Positions 12,301 to 21,300 of a stretch of DNA of 64,000 bases are shown here, piece by piece; position 1 is the stretch's first letter; each line of letters opens with the position of its first letter. Source of the DNA: Mytilus edulis (Eukaryota); NCBI RefSeq assembly GCF_963676685.1, contig NC_092354.1, positions 81,840,001 through 81,904,000 of the forward strand, given 5' to 3'. Below the pieces are notes generated by a model that was not told where the DNA came from, did no database searches, and was given only the letters and a program-made list of their open reading frames with translations. The position numbers and the translations under genes were made by a program.

Positions 12301-15300
12301 GGCAGACAAATAGGGATGAGATGTTTTATACCTGTGTCATCTATTAATTTATCATTCTCCTCCTCCTCTACGATATGAGCTAACGTCAACATGGCCATTA
12401 TCTTTAACATCTCATGTTCTTCTTTTGATTGTAAAAACTGGATCATCACCTATAAATAAATCAGATCTATAAATAAACCAGACATATAAATAAACCAGAT
12501 CACCTATAAATTAATCAGACCTATAAATAAACCAGATCTATTAATAATCCAGACCTATAAATAAACCAGATCTATTAATAATCCAGACCTATAAATAAAC
12601 CAGACCTATTAATAATCCAGATCTATAAATAAACCAGATCTATTAATAATCCCGATCTATATATAATCCAGACCTATAAATAAACAAGACCTATAAATAA
12701 ACAAGACCTATAAATAAACCAGATCTATATATAATCCAGACCTTTTAATAAACCAGACCTATAAATAATCCAGACCTATAAATAAACCAGACCTATATAT
12801 AATCCAGACCCATATATAAACCAGATCTATATATAATCCAGACCTATATATAAACCAGATCTATATATAATCCAGACCTATATATAAACCAGATCTATAT
12901 ATAATCCAGACATATAAATAAACCAGACCTATATATAAACCAGACCTATAAATAAACCAGACCTATATATAATCCAGACTTTAATAGTACTGTTCAATAA
13001 CTACATACTCGATATAGAGGTCAAATATGACAACATTACAGATATAGAATGGAGCTGCTCAATATTTTTTTAAAGAGTTGTTAATGTGGTCCACTTTTCT
13101 GATCTCAACAAAAAAGAAGAAGAATGTGTCTGAGGACACAAATTTTATTTCTAATATTTCTGTTTTCTTAGTAAATCTATAAAATTGTGATAAGAAATGT
13201 TGTTTATCTTCAATTTTCCCATTATTACATAGAGGACAGTATCTTACCTCTGAAGGAATGTTAAATGAACTTACATCTGAGAAAGCATTTTCTTTGAAGT
13301 AATGCTGGACATTAAAACAAGAAATGTTGTTCATCTTCAATTTCCCCTACTATAACAGACAGGACAGTACCTTACCTCTCTAGAAATATTAAATGTACAA
13401 GTACTTACATCTGAGGTAGCATTTTCTTTGAAGTAATGCTGGACATTAGAGTTCCTGGCTATATTATGTAATATACTCATTGAAGACTTGACCACGTAAA
13501 ATACATTCTGTAATGAAAAAAAGTTGTTAAAAACAATTGCAGAAAGACAAAATGCAAAATTCAAAGGAGTATTTTTATTTAACCCTTCTTAACAAAAAAA
13601 GCCAGAGGTGACATACTGTATGAATATGAAACAACACCAACCTAATCAAAGAGCTGAAAGCTCTGAAGAAAAATGACGCCACTGTCTCTAATATTGGGAT
13701 AGTTTTTATGCAAGTCTTGATTTTCACATACCGTAATTTGTTTAACAATGCAACATGTCTCGTAAGCATACAATTGATATTCGTATATGTGTGTGTGTGA
13801 AGTGAAGGTGCCAACTGGCTGGTTTTTTTTTTTAAGACAAATGAATAGGTCAAGACTACCTGAATTGTACAAATAAATCCCGTGGAAAGGCTTCTATATT
13901 TCTCACTGGTACATAGGCTGAATCCGGGTCCATTCGCGCCCATTCACGTTTGCGCCAACTCATGTTCGCCCCCTTTCACTTTCACACCCTACATGTTCGC
14001 AACTAATCTTAATTGGTTTTGTGTTTAATAACTCTGTAAGCAAGTGTTTTCTTATAAGTATAATTGTTGTCATTGTCTCAAAATAAAGTGAGACAGCATT
14101 TTTTTTTTGTGTTGAATAAATCTTAATCATGTTTTGGATAGCGTATTGTTAAAGATAATAATAATCCTTTCTAAATAAAGTGGTATTTTGTCAACGTTTT
14201 ATTTAGCGTTGAATAACTCTTAATCATGTTTTGGTTAGTGTATTGCTATACTTTGTTTCATTGACCTCTTTCATAATGAAGTGAGATTCTGACTATTTTT
14301 TTTTCTGTGTGTTGAATAAATTTTATCATGTTTTGGTTATAATAGTGGATTGCTATATTTTGGTTCCTATATTTTATTGTTTCGTTGTTTCAGATCAAAG
14401 GGCTTAAAAACAATTATCTTTTGTGTTTTTCCTTTAAAATCTTCAATGTTTTACTCATACCAAGCTATAAATACATTCAGTATTTACACCAAAGCAATTT
14501 AAAACAACAATCATGATTTTCCAATTATTCAACTTGAATTTGAATTAAAATTGGGCGCGAATGAGTAGAGTGCGAACGAACCTTGGGTGTGAACGTGCGA
14601 GGTGCGAAAGTGTATTGGGCGCAAACAGACCTGATACCACATAGTCTGAACCCCCTTCTCCCACAAAATATGAAGTAAATTAAAAACAAATTGTTCAGAG
14701 AACAATTGAAGTCTTTCCACTAGAAAAGATCTATTTTTATATTGAAATATGAAAAATCAGTTTAAAATGTTAGTTCCTATGGCTTTATGACGTCCTATTA
14801 ACCTATGACCTTGACCTCAATTTCAAGGTCACAAACCATGGACCTTGAATCAAAATATCCTAGGTCTTTAATATGTTTGGTTAATGAGTACTACCACTTG
14901 ACGTGTAATTTTAAATGTAAGATGGACAAAAACTCCCTTTTATTGAATGCGCAGCCTTTCAACCAAAATATACAAGTAAGGACATGTCGCAACTAATAAT
15001 TTATGAAAAATTATTTGTCAAAATGTCATACAGTATTTGAAAAGAAGTGAAAATAAGCCAAAATCAAAATTTATAATATGACCTTGACCTTTGACATTGA
15101 CCTCATTTTCATTTTTAGTACCAATGACCTCATGAAGACCTTAGGTCTCTATCAGTTATGGTTTACCAGTTGAAAATGCATATCGCTTGAATCAAATGAA
15201 AAAGGGGGAATAACTCTCATATGGAGTCCCCATAGAGCTATGGTTCAAACGAATATTCTTATCCTAAATATGTAACGAGCAATTTGGTAAAATAAAATCT

Positions 15301-18300
15301 TTTACGGTTACGAAGGAGAGGTGGCCACAAGAAAAACAGTGTTTGGGGAGATAACTCTTACAACATAATGTATTTTGTTATAATTACATTTGATATATGT
15401 TTCATTATAATACTTTATTCTGATTGGCTAACTGCACATCACATGTTATTCCTCAAGCAATTGCATCACTCAATAAAACTTTTCATTCATGATAACACGT
15501 GGTCCCACAATAAAGTGCACAGATGAATTGAATAAAAAAGTTGTAAAATTCGTGTTTTCATGATCCTAGCTAAAAAAAGTAATTATAAGTATTGAATGTT
15601 TCTTTTTGTAACCTCATAGGGTTGCAAAAGCGTTGACCGTGTGCACATTTTTAGAATGAAGCGCTTACGCTTACGCGCTTCATACAAAAAGTACTTCGGT
15701 CAACGCTTTTACACCTCAATGAATTTACAAAAAAAAAGCATTCAATACTTAAATGCAGTTGTAAATTTTTAAAGCAAAAAGAGTTAATACTAACTTTCAC
15801 TTTTTTTGGATGTTTATGTACATTTTGTATGTATTTATTTTTCTCAACTACATGAATTTTTTGGTGTATTTTTAATGATATATATGAGTAGTCCAAATAA
15901 TTATTACGTCTGGCAAGGCTTTTTAAATTTTATTCTGGGACACCTTCCTATGACCACAAGGCTATGTTAATTTTTTTCTGGGACGCCTTCTTAGGAAGCC
16001 TTCCTACGAACGTCTTAGGAAGGCGTCCCAGAAAAAAATAAAATAGCCTTGTCAGACGTCATTATTATTTGGACTAATACACGAGATATTGGATATTTTT
16101 ATGCATTATTTAACCAGTTGAGTCTTTTACAGGATTGTTTGTTTAATGCTGTTTAAACATTACTGAAAAAAACCCACCTTAAATTTGTTAATTATTTGGC
16201 ATGAAAGTTTGATTTATTGAAAGGGACTCATAGTTTTCCATTTAATTTTAATAATTGTCTAATGGTTAAAACAATAGCTTCGTTGTTTACTTTTATACAC
16301 AACAACATATTCACTTTGGTTTCGTTGTTTACCAAATATTTACTATGTACTTGGTAACAGTTATTAATTAATTGAATAGAAAATATTATAATAAATATTA
16401 TTGGAAGCCGAATTGACGTCAAATAGGTGCCGATTTGACTAGATGCCAATTTAACCAGGTGCCGACTTGACTTGTACGTTTCAATTCCTCTGCGATCGTT
16501 TGCGGTATTTTCTTGAGAAAACCTATTTTCCATCATCAAAGAGAAGAAGAAACTGCTTGAAATGATTCCCGAACGCTTCGTGATTGTTAAAATAAGTTTA
16601 ATTCACTCAAAAAACAATTTTAAAACTTGCGATGTTTAAACAGGAAGTTTCAAAAGCACGTGTAAAAGAAGAAATTAACCGGTGAGAGTGGAAATCTGTA
16701 CATAACATATATCACTATAGTACGACTTTTAAAGCAAAACAGTTTCATCCTTTTGTAAAACAGTCTTAAATATACCTATCACATTAATGTTTGAAGGGTC
16801 TTAAGCTTATTCAAACCATATAAGTCGGTATGAAACACCAAAACGGAATGATAATAACCGATTACGTTTTGTAGTTTACAAAATTCTGGACTGGTTCCTG
16901 TCAAACTACAACACTTTGTTCGACTGTAGTGGAATACAAACAGAAACCAGTTAGTTTGTAAACTGGTTCCTGTCTGATTACTACACAATGCTCATGCATA
17001 ATGATAACACAAGCACATTCCAGTTTGTATTGAAATTAGTAAATACGAAACCAAGCGCGGTAGGCAGAGAAATCAGGTCGGCAGTTATGGAACAATGACT
17101 GCGTCATTTTCCAAAAACTGCCTTTTAATGTGATATTATCCAAATCAAGAGTCCACACATAACAGAATTAACTTCAGCTTGAAAGTTTTCATTCGTATAT
17201 ATGACGTCATGTTTTATCAAGACATTAATGCGCTTAGATCATTTATGAAATTTCAAGGAGTTTTATTTTATTCTGATTTTTGTACATTTTGTTTTTAGAT
17301 CTTTGAATTTCATTCTTTTTGTTATGCATAATAATGGGAATAATGGTTCAGAAGTTTCTTTTTCAATTTTGATTTGAAAACAATGAAAGCCATATAGGTT
17401 TTGCACATAGGTTAGGATACTGTGGATTCATTATTATTCATTGCAATTGGATACCTATTTTTGTGGGTACAGGTGAACCATGAAATTAAATATTCAATGA
17501 AAAACTCATTTTCTATAGACTGGTATGCAGACTTGCAAAACCACAAAATATGCTGTTGCTTTTAATGCTGTTGTTTATTAAGCTTATGTTAATCAAGCTT
17601 TTTTTAATTACCGTATTTATTCTATTAAACGCCCTGGGGGCGAAGACAATTTCCGAAAGGGGGCGTCAATTAGAGAAACGAATTTCGTACCTTACTTCAT
17701 TGACCTTTACCTGAATTTTGTTGAAACAGACTATAGTAACATACATGTGTTTCTTATTGTCTCCATAATCTATAAATAGCATTTATCGGTAATGTGACCT
17801 CATCTAATAATTTGTTAAAATTTATAACGAAATTTATAACGTACTGTGTAACTGACAGATCTATTTTTGGAACTTGTACACACTGTGTTGTATTATCGGA
17901 GTGGATTAAAACATGGAGGGGGTCTCATTGGGGGGTTTTGATCCCGGATCCCGCTTACTGTTTTGTCAGATTCCCGTTTCCCGCTTACACTATATACGTA
18001 AGCAATTCTCAATTTTTTTGCAATTTCCTGTGTCCTGCTAGACTTCATTTCCCGTTTTCACGGCACAATAATTTGATTTTCACGTGTTACGCTTACAAAA
18101 AATCTGCAATCCCGCGTCTAGCTTAGACCCCAATGAGACCCACCATGGACGTTATTGAATTTTCGTTTCATGTTTCTGAGTGACCGGTTCGATGTCTTTG
18201 AAATATTGTAATGGGTAAGTTTTAAATTAATTTTTTAACTTCAAAATGGGGGCGTTTATTAGAAGTCAAAAGTTCTTAACACACTATTTTCGGTAGGGGG

Positions 18301-21300
18301 GCGTTAATTAGAAGGGGTCTTTAAATAGAATAAATACGGTAAGCTTTTGTATATATCACAGTGTTGTTTATCAAGCTGTTGTTTACAAAGCGAAATAAAC
18401 ACTTTATATTACAATTCTGATTATATCAAGATTATGTATACTTATAAATTCAATAAATCTGAAAAAAAAAAAAATTTAAATAAGCATGTTTGAACATGTA
18501 CCATAATTTTACCGTTATAAAATAAATGTAGCAATTTGTACCGCTGCAAAGAATATATAATTAATCATGCTGCACCTTTACACACCAAATACTTTTTTTT
18601 TATTTTTATTCGAAAAATTAAGATAGCATTGAAATGTTTAGATCATATATATTGCTTTTAAATTGTTTTTGTAATTACTGTTAATAAGTCAGTTTCATGG
18701 TTTTAAAGGTAAAAATATAATTTTCTATTTTATTCTTTTGTAACGTGGCATGTGGCCTAATTGATTAGGAGTTTTTGTTGTCATATCAAAGGTCAGTAGT
18801 CACTTTTGTTTCAACCACCAAAAAAAATGACGCTCAGAAATATCACAATAATGCTGAAAATGGTGTTAAACACCAAGCAATCAATCTATACAAAGTTATT
18901 CCACCTATCATCTGAGATTTTTTTCCATACAATTAATTAGTTAGAAAACCAATGTAGTGATCGATAGTAAATCAAAATATAACGACAGGACTAGTTAGGT
19001 TAGGAAACCAGTAGATTCAGTGTTACAGCTAGATCGCTTCCACAGGGCGGTCTGCCCGCACTTTCTGCGTGCCACCCTGTGCCTTTTTTCTGACATCCTG
19101 TGTCCTTCTAAATACTTTACCTTTGAGGACATGTTGTCTATATAAGGCTTGTGTTTACAGTTGACGGTGAAATATTTTACTCCTCCATGTTGTGCTACTG
19201 ACTGAAACAGAAATAAAAATAAGTTATACAGGAAGCCAAGGGGCCTGTACATCCATACTTGTATGAAAATAGGAATATTGTTTAAAGACATGTTCAGTTG
19301 TATAACTTAGTTAATCATTTAAAACAAGAATGAAATATTTTCGTGAGAGCATAATCTAAATGGTAATTGATAGTATCAGAAAACAAGAATGTGTTTGTAG
19401 TACACAGATGACCCATCCTCACTATCATTTTCTATGTTCAGTGGACAATGAAATTGAGTTCAAAACTCAAATTTAGCATTAAAATTAGAAAGATCATATC
19501 ATAAGTAACATAAGTACGAAGTTGTTTGGACTTCAAATTTATCAAAAACTACCTTGACCAAAAACTTTAACCTCAAGTAGGACAGACAGATGGATGAATG
19601 AACAAATGAAGGGACAAACGACCACACAGATTAAAAAAAAACTTATGCCTCTAATTTGGGCATAAAAAGGAAGTATATGTCTGACAGATCTTACTAGGGT
19701 GCATCCAGAAAGCAAATTGAACAGTATTAGAAAGGTTTTGTGCCAGCCCTTTTATAGCTGACTAAACCAAATGGTTTTTTTCTCGATGACCTTTAAATGC
19801 TTACATCATTTGAACTCTGGTGGATAGTTTTTTCATTGGCAATCTAACACATCTCCTTGTGTTTATATAGTATGGTTGTAACATACGCAGTGTCTATTCA
19901 AATCAATGATAATAAAAGAAGACTAAGTCTGGGGACACTAAAGTCCTCCCTCAAGCTTTGCAATTCTAAAATGTTTAAAGGAGCATATCTGACTCACTGC
20001 CCAAATACAAATTCTCTCTGCTAGTATTTATTCTTTATATTGTGTATGAGTTTCATAACAAGAATGTGTCCCCAGTACACGAATGCCCCACTCGCACTAT
20101 CATTTTCTATGTTCAGTGGACCGTGAAATTGGGGTAAACCCTCTAATTTGGCATTACAATTAAAAAGATCATATCATAGGGAATATGTATACTAAGTTTG
20201 AAGTCGATTGGACTTCAACTTCATCAAAAACTACCTTGACCAAAAACTTTAACCTGAAGCGGGACAGACGGACGGACGCACAGACCAGAAAACATAATGC
20301 CCCTCTACTATCGTAGTAAGCATAAAAAATTTGGATAGGTAAAATTTAAGTAAAAGTGTGGATATGAAAATTTGATGGACAGAAAGACAGACAGATGAAC
20401 TGGCAGGAGGCTGGTCAAGGGTAAGATGTATGGCTGTCACTGCCTACAATAGGGGTCTAAAAAAATCAAGACTCGTTCAAGACTAGTACTGTCTCAAGTC
20501 AGGAGCCTGTAATTCACTGGTTGCTGTTTGTTTATGTTTTCCATATTTGTTTTTCATTCAACTTTTTTACATAAGTAAGGTCGTTAGTTTTTTTGTTTGA
20601 ATTGTTTTACATTGTCATTTCGGGGCCTTTGAAAGCTGACTATGCGGTATCAGCTATATTCATTGTTGAAGGACGTACGGTGACTTATATATTTGTTAAT
20701 TTCTGTGTCATTTGGTCTTTTGTGGAGAGTTGAATCATTGGCATCATACCGCATCTTCTTTTTTATAGTAAAATGTCAATGATATTTTAAAACAAATTTG
20801 TTTGAAATGGTATCTGAGTGTTCATGGGTAGAGTACCAGTGTACATAAAACCTTGGCTACCCTCGAAAATAAATGAATTGACAGTATTAGATACTTACTT
20901 TGGCAAGTTCAAGACTGGCATCAGAATAGTTCCAAAGCGTATTCAGTGTATAGTAAGTTGGAAACCAGATTCCATCATTTTTAAAAATTCCTTTCTTATT
21001 TAATGATGTCAGCATCTTCATTGCTATTTCTGTAAAAAAAAAAAAAGATACAGTTTTAAAACATGTATGTCATCAATCAGAATGCTTGTGAGATCTGAAA
21101 GATAAAGATTACATTCATTTGATAATGGGAACCAAGAGTTGAACTTTGTATCAAGCATAGGAAGGCTTTACAATGAAATTAATGGTGCAACTACAATAAT
21201 GAATAAAGGAAGACAACTCAAATTTTACAAAAACAATATCATGATATTTTTTAGAACAGATATAATTTTGATTAATGCACTGCATGCACACACTTACATT

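Noticed and set aside
16380-17240. CpG-containing intronic patch with TGACGTCA palindromes as an internal promoter
   Set aside because: It begins with a MITE-like end (GGTGCCGATTTGAC repeats) and no associated exon was found; more likely transposon-derived.
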